Assembly: GCF_000284115.1 (NCBI RefSeq)
Contig: NC_017080.1
Location: 3,150,001 to 3,182,000, forward strand
Origin: Phycisphaera mikurensis NBRC 102666
GTDB lineage: Bacteria; Planctomycetota; Phycisphaerae; Phycisphaerales; Phycisphaeraceae
Direction: 5' to 3'
Length of the DNA stretch: 32,000 bases
Shown here: piece by piece, positions 15,314-22,982 of the stretch
Layout: each line of letters begins with the position of its first letter
How positions within the stretch are numbered: the first letter of the stretch is position 1
Translations under genes and position numbers: made by a program
Notes under the pieces: generated by a model
What the model was told of the DNA's origin: nothing
The model's database searches: none
Seen by the model: only the letters and a program-made list of their open reading frames with translations

Positions 15314-17428
15314 TCAACGGCCCAGCTCGGCGAGCGACGCCCGCAGGGCGTCGATGGCGAGCAGGCCCGAGGCGGTCGGCCCGATCGGCAGGCGGGCGTC
15401 ATGGAAGGCCAGCCGCAGCCCGCCGACGGCATTCCGCGGCGAGCGGGCGTAGTAGAGGGACGGCCCGTCCATCGCCAGCTGCGCGAGGAAGCCGGCGGCG
15501 GAGCCGGCGCTGATCAGCAGGCCCGAGCGTGCCGCGTCCGCGGGGGTCGCCTCGCCGGATCCGAAGCCCGTGAGCCCCAGGCTGAGGAACTGCAGCAGCG
15601 GCGCGGTCGTCCAGGTGGGATCGGCATGGCCACCCGGCGGCGGCGGCCGCAGCAGGAAGCCGCCGAGCACGTCGGCGGGCGCATCGACCGGACGCTGCAC
15701 CACCTGCCGCTCCTGCAGGACCGGCAGCACGGCCTCGAGGACGCCCCGCCGGCGAGCGGCTTCCCCGGCCGGGACCAGGCCGCGCTCGACGAGCGCCGGC
15801 GTCACCTCAGCGGCGGCCCGGGCGACCCAGGGCAGCGAGAAGCCGGCGCCCACGACGGCGCCGTCGCCCTCCGCCCAGACGGCGTCGAGCACCTCTGCGC
15901 CCGCCGCCACCTGCGCCTCGTCGGCCGCCGCGAGCCCGTGCAGACCCAGCGCGTACCCGGCCATCGCGCGGACCGTCAGCGACACCCCGGCCGTCGGGGT
16001 GCCGTCCGCGGCCGGCCTCCGGCTCACCGCGCCGCCGCCGCAGCGGGCCAGCAGCTCCGCGGCGAAGCGACGGCTGATCGGGTCCGCCTCGCCCCCTCGG
16101 GTCGCGAGGCGGGCGAGCGTCAGCAGCGCGGCGGGGGCGGGATCCAGCGCCACCTCCGGCGCGGGCCCAGCGGCGTCGTCGCCCACGCCCAGGGCGCGGC
16201 GGGCCTCCTCGGGCGGCATGTCCAGAGCGGCGGCGATCTCCTCGAGGTAGCCCGGCACGCGGCTGGAAACGCGGGCCGGCGGCGGGCGATCCTCCGCGGC
16301 GGCGAGCTCGGCGTTGAGCCGGTCGTGCTCGGCGAGGGCGAGGCAGCCCAGCGCCGCGTCCTGGAGGTCCGCCAGCGAGGGATCGAAGCGGCCGCGGGCG
16401 GGCAGCCAGGTGCCGCGGACCGGACCGGCGGGCGGGTAGTGCCGCTCCAGGTGCCCCGCGAGGCGGTCGGCGAGGTCCTCCACCGTCGCGGCGTCGAGCC
16501 TGTGGCGCGGCAGCGGCACGTTCCCGCGCTCCAGCACCGCCACGGCGGCGCCCCGCGCCGGCCGCACGGCGTGCACCACCCGGAACCGGAACAGCGGCGC
16601 CCCGCCCGGCCGCCCCGGGGTGTCCGCCTCCGCCAGCGGGAGGCCCAGCGCCAGGGCCACCCGGTTGAGCTGGAGGCGCGGCCGGAGGTTCTGCGCCAGC
16701 GTGGTCGCCGGCCACTCCGCCGCGGGCGCCTCCCGCGCGTCCCCGGACAGCGCCATGAGCCCGTGGTAGCCGGGCACGAAGCGGTCGACCGGCCCCGCCG
16801 CCGGATCGCCCGCCGCCGGAGCCACCACCGCCTCCGCGCCGAAGGCGACCTGCACGTCCGCCTGGATCCGGTCCGCCACCTCCGGGAGCCGCGGGACCGC
16901 GCCGACGCCTTCCAGCGTCGGCCGCCGGCCCTGCTCCCGCGCCCGGGCCGCGGCCTCGGTGAGCCAGCCGGCGGCCGCGCGGAAGGCCTCGACGCCCGCC
17001 TCCTGCGTCAGCGCGTACGTGTCCGCCGGCGCGTCGTCCGGCCGGCCGTCCCGCACGTCCGCGAGCCGCGGCCGGAGCACCTCCGGCCGCACCCAGGCCG
17101 TGCCCGTGCCCAGCAGCACGCCGTCGCTCCGCAGCGTCACCCGCACCCCGAGCACCCCCGCCGCCTCGAAGCCCCGCTCCCGCTGCGCGTCGATCGCCCC
17201 CTCGGCCAGCCAGCGCTCCACCCGCCGCTGCAGCTGCAGGCCCAGGGCCGCATCCGGTCGCGGCGGGGGGAGCGGCGCGGCGGCCGGCGGCGACGCCTCC
17301 GCCTCCGGGAGCGCCGGGCCACCCGCCTGCGCCCCCGCGAGCGGGGCGGGGGCCGCCAGCAGCAGGCAGAGCAGTCCGGTCGGGAGGATCGTGCGGGATC
17401 GGGGGAATCGGGGCATCGGGTGCATCAT
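15314..17428 (-). CDS. large secreted protein of unknown function
   Basis: The signal peptide is MMHPMPRFPRSRTILPTGLLCLLLAAPAPLAGAQA, followed by about 670 aa with normal composition for this genome. The upstream third of the 1054-aa track ORF is antisense to lipB and was discarded. Confidence 0.65.
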   Translation of the reverse strand: MMHPMPRFPRSRTILPTGLLCLLLAAPAPLAGAQAGGPALPEAEASPPAAAPLPPPRPDAALGLQLQRRVERWLAEGAIDAQRERGFEAAGVLGVRVTLRSDGVLLGTGTAWVRPEVLRPRLADVRDGRPDDAPADTYALTQEAGVEAFRAAAGWLTEAAARAREQGRRPTLEGVGAVPRLPEVADRIQADVQVAFGAEAVVAPAAGDPAAGPVDRFVPGYHGLMALSGDAREAPAAEWPATTLAQNLRPRLQLNRVALALGLPLAEADTPGRPGGAPLFRFRVVHAVRPARGAAVAVLERGNVPLPRHRLDAATVEDLADRLAGHLERHYPPAGPVRGTWLPARGRFDPSLADLQDAALGCLALAEHDRLNAELAAAEDRPPPARVSSRVPGYLEEIAAALDMPPEEARRALGVGDDAAGPAPEVALDPAPAALLTLARLATRGGEADPISRRFAAELLARCGGGAVSRRPAADGTPTAGVSLTVRAMAGYALGLHGLAAADEAQVAAGAEVLDAVWAEGDGAVVGAGFSLPWVARAAAEVTPALVERGLVPAGEAARRRGVLEAVLPVLQERQVVQRPVDAPADVLGGFLLRPPPPGGHADPTWTTAPLLQFLSLGLTGFGSGEATPADAARSGLLISAGSAAGFLAQLAMDGPSLYYARSPRNAVGGLRLAFHDARLPIGPTASGLLAIDALRASLAELGR

Positions 17429-17489
17429 CGGGTGGGGCGCCGCCGCGCGTCGGCCTTGCTCCCCGGCGGGCGGATCGGAGGCTGGTGGC

Positions 17490-17606
17490 ATGACCCTCCG
17501 CACGCTCTTCGCCCCCGCGGCTTGGGCCGCCCGCCACGCCGCCCGCCACCCGCGGCGGCTGAAGATCGTTCTGCTGGCGGTGGCGACGTACCTCGCGCTC
17601 TGCTGA
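17490..17606 (+). CDS. possible 38-aa small membrane protein
   Basis: A GGAGG motif lies 8 nt upstream of the ATG, which is rare in this window. The C-terminus LKIVLLAVATYLALC is hydrophobic. There is no homology evidence. Confidence 0.3.
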   Translation: MTLRTLFAPAAWAARHAARHPRRLKIVLLAVATYLALC

Positions 17607-17623
17607 GGGCCGCGGGGCGTCCG

Positions 17624-17629
17624 TACGCT
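17624..17629 (+). promoter_or_regulatory. -10-like TACGCT, 6 nt upstream of an in-frame GTG (17636) of lipB
   Basis: Plus strand reads tccgTACGCT-cggcgg-GTG. Confidence 0.3.
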
Positions 17630-17635
17630 CGGCGG

Positions 17636-18397
17636 GTGCCTCCAGGTTCCCCCCCGCCAGCGCCGGCGTCGATGCTCCGGACCGAAGACCTCGGCGTCTG
17701 CCCCTACGAGGAGGCCCTGCGGATCCAGCGGGCCGCTCACGCCGAAGTCGCCGCCGGCGGCCCCGAGCGGCTGCTGCTCGTCGAGCACCCCGCCGTGATC
17801 ACCCTCAGCCGGCGCCGCGGCGTGCGCCGGAACCTGCTGGTCTCGGAGGACTGCCTCGCCACGCGCCGCATCGACCTGCAGGAGACCGACCGCGGCGGCG
17901 ACGTCACCGCGCACGGCCCCGGCCAGCAGGTCGTCTACCCGATCCTCCGGCTCGCGGACCACCGGCTGAACCTCTCCCGCTACATGCGGCTGCTCGAGGA
18001 GGCGGCCATCGCCACCGCCGCCGCCTTCGGCGTCGCCGCCCACCGCGAGGCCGGCGCCACCGGGGTGTGGGTCGCCCGCCCGGGGAGCCGCGGCGGCGAG
18101 GTGCAACCGACCGCGAAGCTCTGCGCCCTGGGCGTCCGGATCGCCAAGAACACCACCCTCCACGGCCTCGCCTTCAACGTCCGCACCGACCTGGGCATCT
18201 TCGCGTTGATCGACCCCTGCGGCCTCGGCGGGCGGCCGGTGACCTCCTTGCTCGACCTGCTCGGCGACGCCTGCCCGGGGATGGACGAGGTCCGCGAGGC
18301 GCTGGTCGGGGCCCTCGTGGACGCCCTCGCCGCCGCGGACCGCGGCGGATCCGGGCCGTTGCCGCCCGCGGTCCGCGGCGATAGGCTGCCCGCGTGA
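17636..18397 (+). CDS. lipB: octanoyltransferase (lipoyl(octanoyl) transferase)
   Basis: LRTEDLGV.PYEEAL..Q....LLLVEHP.V.TL....LQETDRGGDVT.HGPGQ.V.YPI...KL.A.GVR....T.HGLA.NV are LipB motifs. The start is GTG 17636 by the leaderless pattern, or ATG 17672. The last ~20 codons derive from 46-bp element copy 4. Confidence 0.9.
   Translation: MPPGSPPPAPASMLRTEDLGVCPYEEALRIQRAAHAEVAAGGPERLLLVEHPAVITLSRRRGVRRNLLVSEDCLATRRIDLQETDRGGDVTAHGPGQQVVYPILRLADHRLNLSRYMRLLEEAAIATAAAFGVAAHREAGATGVWVARPGSRGGEVQPTAKLCALGVRIAKNTTLHGLAFNVRTDLGIFALIDPCGLGGRPVTSLLDLLGDACPGMDEVREALVGALVDALAAADRGGSGPLPPAVRGDRLPA
18333..18378. repeat. 46-bp palindromic element, copy 4 (forms the lipB 3' coding end)
   Basis: Both arms are exact, with spacer cggcggatccgggccgttgccgcccg. 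It is translated as ADRGGSGPLPPAVRG just before the lipB stop. Confidence 0.9.
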
Positions 18398-18591
18398 TCG
18401 CCGCGCTGCTCCTCGCCCTACCGCCCGCCACGCCGGCCTGACCCCGAACGGGCCCGGCCGGCCGTGGCAAGCCGTCACGCCGGCCGGCCGCCGCGAACCC
18501 GCTCGCCCGCGAGCAACGTTGCCCCGCCGGTCCCGGCGGGGTGCTGTCGTTCACGCCCCGGCCGGGCCCGTCCCCAGAAGAAGAGCCTCCC

Positions 18592-20187
18592 ATGGAAGCC
18601 TCCCCCGCCCCCTCCGTCAAGATCTTCGACACCACCCTGCGCGACGGCGAGCAGTCGCCGGGCGCGTCGCTGGACCTCCGCGAGAAGCTGGAGATCGCTC
18701 GGCAGCTCGAGAAGCTCGGCGTCGACGTCATCGAGGCCGGCTTCCCGATCACCTCCGACGGCGACTTCGAGGCCGTCCGCGCGATCGCCGACGAGCTGAC
18801 CGGGCCGGTGGTCTGCGGGCTGGCCCGCTGCGTGGAGGCCGACATCGACCGCGCCGGCGAGGCGGTCCGCGGAGCCAGAGGCGGGGCGAGGATCCACGTC
18901 TTCTGCGCCACCTCCAAGATCCACCGCGAGCACAAGCTGCGGAAAGGCACCGCCGAGATCGTCGCGCTCTCGCGTCGCTCCATCGAGCGGGCCCGCGGCT
19001 TCGTCGACGACGTGGAGTTCAGCCCCGAGGACGCCAGCCGCACCGAACCGGAGGTGCTGGTGGAGATCTGCGCCGCCGCCATCGAGGCCGGCGCCACCAC
19101 GCTGAACCTGCCCGACACCGTCGGCTACGCGGTGCCCGCGGAGTACGGCCGCATCTTCGCGATGCTCCGGGCGCAGCTGCCGCAGATCGACCGCGACGGC
19201 GTCGTGCTCTCCTGCCACTGCCACGACGACCTGGGCCTGGCCATCGCCAACACGCTGGCCGCCATCGAGAACGGCGCCCGCCAGGCCGAGGTCACCGTCA
19301 ACGGCATCGGCGAGCGGGCCGGCAACGCCGCGCTCGAGGAGCTGGTGATGGCGCTGGCCGTGCGGGCCGATGCCGCCGGCGGCGGCGGCGTGAACACCGG
19401 CATCCGACGCCGGGAGATCTACAAGAGCTCCCGCATGGTCTCCACGCTGACCGGCCTCTCCGTGCAGCGCAACAAGGCCGTGGTCGGCGAGAACGCCTTC
19501 GCCCACGAGAGCGGCATCCACCAGGACGGGATGCTCAAGAACCCCGAGACGTACGAGATCATGGACCCCCGCTCGATCGGCGTGCCCGAGAGCAAGCTGG
19601 TGCTGGGCAAGCACAGCGGACGGGCCGCGCTGGCCGACCGGCTGCGCGACCTGGGCATCGAGGCGAGCGGCGAGGTCCTGCAGGCGGTCTACGACCGCTT
19701 CAAGACGCTGGCGGACCGCAAGAAGGAGGTCCACGACGAAGACCTCGAAGCGATCGTGGACGACCTGCACGCGTCCGCCGCGGGCCCCGCCGGCACCGGG
19801 CGCGGCGCCTGGACGCTGCACGGCTTCCAAGCGGTCGCCAACGCCGGCACGCCCAGCTTCGCCTTCGTGGAGCTGGTGGACCCCGACGGCGAGACCCGCC
19901 GCGAGGCGGCCTTCGGCGACGGGCCCATCGAGGCCTGCTACTCGGCCGTGCAGCTGATCACCGGCGTCACCGCCAGCCTCGACCGCTACGCCCACCGCGC
20001 CGTCACCGGCGGCAAGGACGCGCAGGGCGAAGTGCGCGTGGAGCTCTCCACGGACGACGGACGCAAAGCCCGCGGACGCGGGCTCTCGACCGACACGATC
20101 GAGGCCGCCGTCAAGGCGTACGTGGCCGCGATGAACCGGCTCGCGACGCGGGCGGCCGAGCCGGCGTCGGTGCCGGCTCAGCCCTGA
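18592..20187 (+). CDS. leuA: 2-isopropylmalate synthase
   Basis: VKIFDTTLRDGEQSPG, IEAGFP, HCHDDLGLA.AN.LAA and a C-terminal LeuA dimerisation/regulatory domain are present. ATG 18592 is preferred over GTG 18541. Confidence 0.95.
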   Translation: MEASPAPSVKIFDTTLRDGEQSPGASLDLREKLEIARQLEKLGVDVIEAGFPITSDGDFEAVRAIADELTGPVVCGLARCVEADIDRAGEAVRGARGGARIHVFCATSKIHREHKLRKGTAEIVALSRRSIERARGFVDDVEFSPEDASRTEPEVLVEICAAAIEAGATTLNLPDTVGYAVPAEYGRIFAMLRAQLPQIDRDGVVLSCHCHDDLGLAIANTLAAIENGARQAEVTVNGIGERAGNAALEELVMALAVRADAAGGGGVNTGIRRREIYKSSRMVSTLTGLSVQRNKAVVGENAFAHESGIHQDGMLKNPETYEIMDPRSIGVPESKLVLGKHSGRAALADRLRDLGIEASGEVLQAVYDRFKTLADRKKEVHDEDLEAIVDDLHASAAGPAGTGRGAWTLHGFQAVANAGTPSFAFVELVDPDGETRREAAFGDGPIEACYSAVQLITGVTASLDRYAHRAVTGGKDAQGEVRVELSTDDGRKARGRGLSTDTIEAAVKAYVAAMNRLATRAAEPASVPAQP

Positions 20188-20990
20188 GAAGACCCAGGCT
20201 GCGCCCGGGGCGCCTCCCGCTCGCGGGCGGCATCCATCTCCACCGCCCGAAGCGCCGCATACTTGAGCTGCGTCGTCGTCGCCGTCTTCTGCGCCATCAT
20301 CCACCCGAAGCTGCCGTCCAGGAGGCCCCGCTTGAGCACCAGCTGCTTGAAGACCGTCGCCGGCGGCCGGACCGCGAGGTCGAAGAAGCGCGTCCGCTTG
20401 CCCGCGGCGTGCATCTGGCGCGCCTGCATCATCAGCCGCGCGTCCAGCCGCGCTCCGCTGAAGTAGTCCTCGAAGCCGGCCGTGCTCACCCGCTTGTGGA
20501 GCAGGTGGCCCCTGAGCCGGCGGACCGCCCCGGGGCGCCTCGCCTCCCGCTGGTCGTGCAGCACGTGCCCCGTCCAGCTCACCCGGTCGCGGTGGAACAG
20601 CCGGCTCTGCCAGTCGGGGCTCCACGCCCGCACCCACCGCCCGAAGACGTAGTTCTTCCGCCGCATCCACGCAAGGTCGACCGACCGCTCGAAGCCGTCT
20701 CCGAGGGAGCACAGCTCGCGCTGGAGCACCGGATCCGCCTCCTCGTCCCCGTCGAGCACGAACGTCCAGGGGTTCCGCGTCAGCGTGATCCCGAACTCCT
20801 TCTGCTCGGAGTATCCCCGCCACGGCTCCTCCACCACGCGGGCGCCCGCGTCGGCGGCGATCCGCGGGGTCGCGTCCTCGGAGCCCGAATCCACGACCAG
20901 CACCTCGTCGGCCCAGGGCGTCACCGACGCCAGCGCCGCGGGAAGCGTGTCCGCCGCGTCGGCGCAACAAATCAAGACCGACAGCTTCAT
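20178..20990 (-). CDS. family 2 glycosyltransferase
   Basis: [23 protein letters not shown]...[10 protein letters not shown]...LDGDE is the GT2 DxD fold. Its 3' end overlaps the leuA 3' end by 10 bp (convergent). Confidence 0.85.
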   Translation of the reverse strand: MKLSVLICCADAADTLPAALASVTPWADEVLVVDSGSEDATPRIAADAGARVVEEPWRGYSEQKEFGITLTRNPWTFVLDGDEEADPVLQRELCSLGDGFERSVDLAWMRRKNYVFGRWVRAWSPDWQSRLFHRDRVSWTGHVLHDQREARRPGAVRRLRGHLLHKRVSTAGFEDYFSGARLDARLMMQARQMHAAGKRTRFFDLAVRPPATVFKQLVLKRGLLDGSFGWMMAQKTATTTQLKYAALRAVEMDAAREREAPRAQPGSSQG

Positions 20991-20999
20991 CGTCGCCCG

Positions 21000-21010
21000 A
21001 AGCTACCGGG
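21000..21010 (-). promoter_or_regulatory. -10-like CCCGGTAGCTT, 9 nt upstream of the GT2 ATG
   Basis: Minus strand reads gcaaCCCGGTAGCTT-cgggcgacg-ATG. Confidence 0.4.
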
Positions 21011-21112
21011 TTGCAAGCCGACGCCTCCTTCGGCTACCCTCTCCGGCCGCCCTCCGCGTGGGCGCCCGCACGCCCCAACCCCGTTCAAGCCCACGCGAAG
21101 CGTGGAGATCTT

Positions 21113-21487
21113 ATGCCGACCATCAACCAGCTCGTCCGCAACCCCCGCCGCACCCCGACCGAGAAGTCCAAGGTCCGCGACCTCGACCAGTGCCCGCAGC
21201 GCCGCGGCGTGTGCCTGCAGGTGAAGACGGTGACGCCCAAGAAGCCCAACTCCGCCCTCCGGAAGGTCGCCCGCGTGCGTCTGTCCAACGGCGGCGAGGT
21301 CACGGCTTACATCGGCGGCGAGGGCCACAACCTCCAGGAGCACTCGATCGTGCTCGTCCGCGGCGGCCGCGTCCGCGACCTGCCGGGCGTGCGGTACCAC
21401 ATCGTCCGCGGCGCCCTCGACTCGCTGGGCGTCGACGGCCGCAAGCGGGGCCGCAGCAAGTACGGCGTGAAGAAGCCCAAGGGGTGA
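21113..21487 (+). CDS. rpsL: 30S ribosomal protein S12
   Basis: MPTINQLVR...[68 protein letters not shown] motif precedes the ATG. Confidence 0.98.
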   Translation: MPTINQLVRNPRRTPTEKSKVRDLDQCPQRRGVCLQVKTVTPKKPNSALRKVARVRLSNGGEVTAYIGGEGHNLQEHSIVLVRGGRVRDLPGVRYHIVRGALDSLGVDGRKRGRSKYGVKKPKG

Positions 21488-21789
21488 ACCCGCCTCCGGC
21501 AAGGTGCGCTCGGGGCGTTTGGGGCTCCGACCGGGCGAAGCCCGGTCCGCGCGGGAGGCGGTCGGGTTCAGATTGGGCGGTGCTCCCGAGAGCCTCGACG
21601 CAGCGTGTCCCCGCCCTTTCCTCAGGCGTCTGCTCGTTCGGCTCGCCTTGCTTTTCGTTCTCTCGCTCGACGGCGGGATGGACGCGTTTCCAGCGGCAGT
21701 AATCCACCCCGGCGTTCGGGGCGGGTGAACGCAAGCGGACCGGCGTTGACCGGTCCACCCGCCGCATCAACCCTTCCGAAGGAAGACCC

Positions 21790-22380
21790 ATGGGACGTGG
21801 ATTCACCGCCTCCGAGACGCAGCTCAAGCCCGACCCCCGCCACGGCGACCTCGTGCTCAGCCGCTTCATCAACTGCATCATGAAGGACGGCAAGAAGACC
21901 CGCGCCCAGCGCGTGGTCTACGGCGCCTTCGACCTGATCGACGAGCGCCTCAAGGAGGACGCGGAGAAGGAGGCCGAGGCGAAGAAGAAGGCCGCGGAGG
22001 ACAAGGCCGCCGGCAAGGACGTGAAGCCCACCAACGCCCAGCTCACCGGCACCCCCGAGGAGGAGGAGGGCGAGCGCTCGGCCATCACCCTCTTCCACGA
22101 GGCGCTCGAGAACGTGCGGCCCAACGTCGAGGTGCGCTCCCGCCGCGTCGGCGGAACCAACTACCAGGTCCCGACGCAGGTTTCCAAGAAGCGGGCCCAG
22201 AGCCTCGCTTTCCGCTGGATCATCGACGCCGTCCGCAGCGAGAAGGGCCGCCCCACCGCCCAGAAGCTCGCCCGGGAGCTTTGGGACGCTTCGCACCGCG
22301 AGGGCCGCGCCATGTCCAAGCGCGACCAGACCCACCGCATGGCCGACGCCAACAAGGCCTTCGCCCACTTCGCCTGGTGA
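21790..22380 (+). CDS. rpsG: 30S ribosomal protein S7, with a ~40-aa charged insertion
   Basis: KDGKK..A..VVY.A, ALENVRPNVEVRSRRVGG.NYQVP and HRMA.ANKAFAHF.W are present. At 196 aa it is longer than the ~156 aa typical of S7. Confidence 0.97.
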   Translation: MGRGFTASETQLKPDPRHGDLVLSRFINCIMKDGKKTRAQRVVYGAFDLIDERLKEDAEKEAEAKKKAAEDKAAGKDVKPTNAQLTGTPEEEEGERSAITLFHEALENVRPNVEVRSRRVGGTNYQVPTQVSKKRAQSLAFRWIIDAVRSEKGRPTAQKLARELWDASHREGRAMSKRDQTHRMADANKAFAHFAW

Positions 22381-22489
22381 GCGGCCAAAAAAAGAGTCGA
22401 CGGCTCTGCGCATCCCGCCGCGGAAGCCTGTAAGCTCTTGGCCCCGGGGGAGCAAAACCCCGCGGCGACAACCATCCGGAACCGTCAAT

Positions 22490-22533
22490 GGAACCGCCTT
22501 CGTCATTGCCCGCCCCTTGACGAGGGCGGTTCC
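22490..22533. other. strong stem-loop (16-bp stem with one G-U, 12-nt loop) in the rpsG/flgH convergent gap
   Basis: GGAACCGCCTTCGTCA-ttgcccgcccct-TGACGAGGGCGGTTCC. It has no U-tract and lies 110 nt after the rpsG stop. Confidence 0.6.
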
Positions 22534-22790
22534 GCTATGGGCACTGCGCCATCGGCGGGCGTGACGGGCTGCCCCTACGCTCGCTCTTGCGGCTCGTTTG
22601 AGTCTCCGCGGGGATCACGGCGCCACTGCCGGCTCGCGCCGAACCGGGCACGCTTCAGCATCGGCCCGTGAGGGTGCCATCGTGGCGCCATGCCGGGTCG
22701 CTGCGCAACTTGTCCGATTCGCGGACGCGAGAGCCTCGCGTGCAGCCCAGGTCCGGGCAACGCCCGGCCCCCGCGCAGCGGGAGAGCACG

Positions 22791-22836
22791 CCGCGGACCG
22801 GACCGGTCTTCGGCTCTTTTGGATCACGGTCCGCGG
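22791..22836. repeat. 46-bp palindromic element, copy 5
   Basis: Both arms are exact, with spacer gaccggtcttcggctcttttggatca. It lies in the 667-bp non-coding gap. Confidence 0.9.
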
Positions 22837-22963
22837 ACCGGCGGTGCACCGCACCCACCCGCACCAGCGCGACAACCGCACCTTGACGGGCCGCGTGCTG
22901 ATGCGTGCTCCTGAACATGCTCGGTCCGGCGCGTGCCGGCAGTGGCCAGGTGCTCCACGCGCA

Positions 22964-22982
22964 GAGCGGGCTCCGCCCGCTC
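22964..22982 (-). terminator. hairpin GAGCGGGC-tcc-GCCCGCTC, 66 nt downstream of the flgH stop
   Basis: The 8-bp GC stem is perfect but there is no U-tract. Confidence 0.3.

Noticed and set aside
15314-18478. 1054-aa version of the secreted-protein ORF, and the 998-aa plus-strand ORF 15401..18397
   Set aside because: The 5' third of the minus ORF is antisense to lipB, and a clean signal peptide begins at 17428. Only the last ~250 codons of the plus ORF are LipB; the remainder is antisense junk.
21011-21040. Sigma70-like promoter TTGCAA-N18-TACCCT for rpsL
   Set aside because: The match is plausible but weak in both spacing and -10 quality, and it overlaps the divergent GT2 promoter region. 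It is mentioned only in a finding.
18475-21224. 831-aa (minus) and 901-aa (plus) ORFs
   Set aside because: They are frame and strand shadows of leuA and the GT2 gene, with no motifs and extreme Arg/Gly/Pro content.
22387-22407. A7/T7 run plus short hairpin as a minus-strand intrinsic terminator abutting the rpsG stop
   Set aside because: On the minus strand the stem has only 4-5 Watson-Crick pairs with an A-C mismatch and a 3-nt loop. It is too weak to call, so it is noted only within the gap finding.
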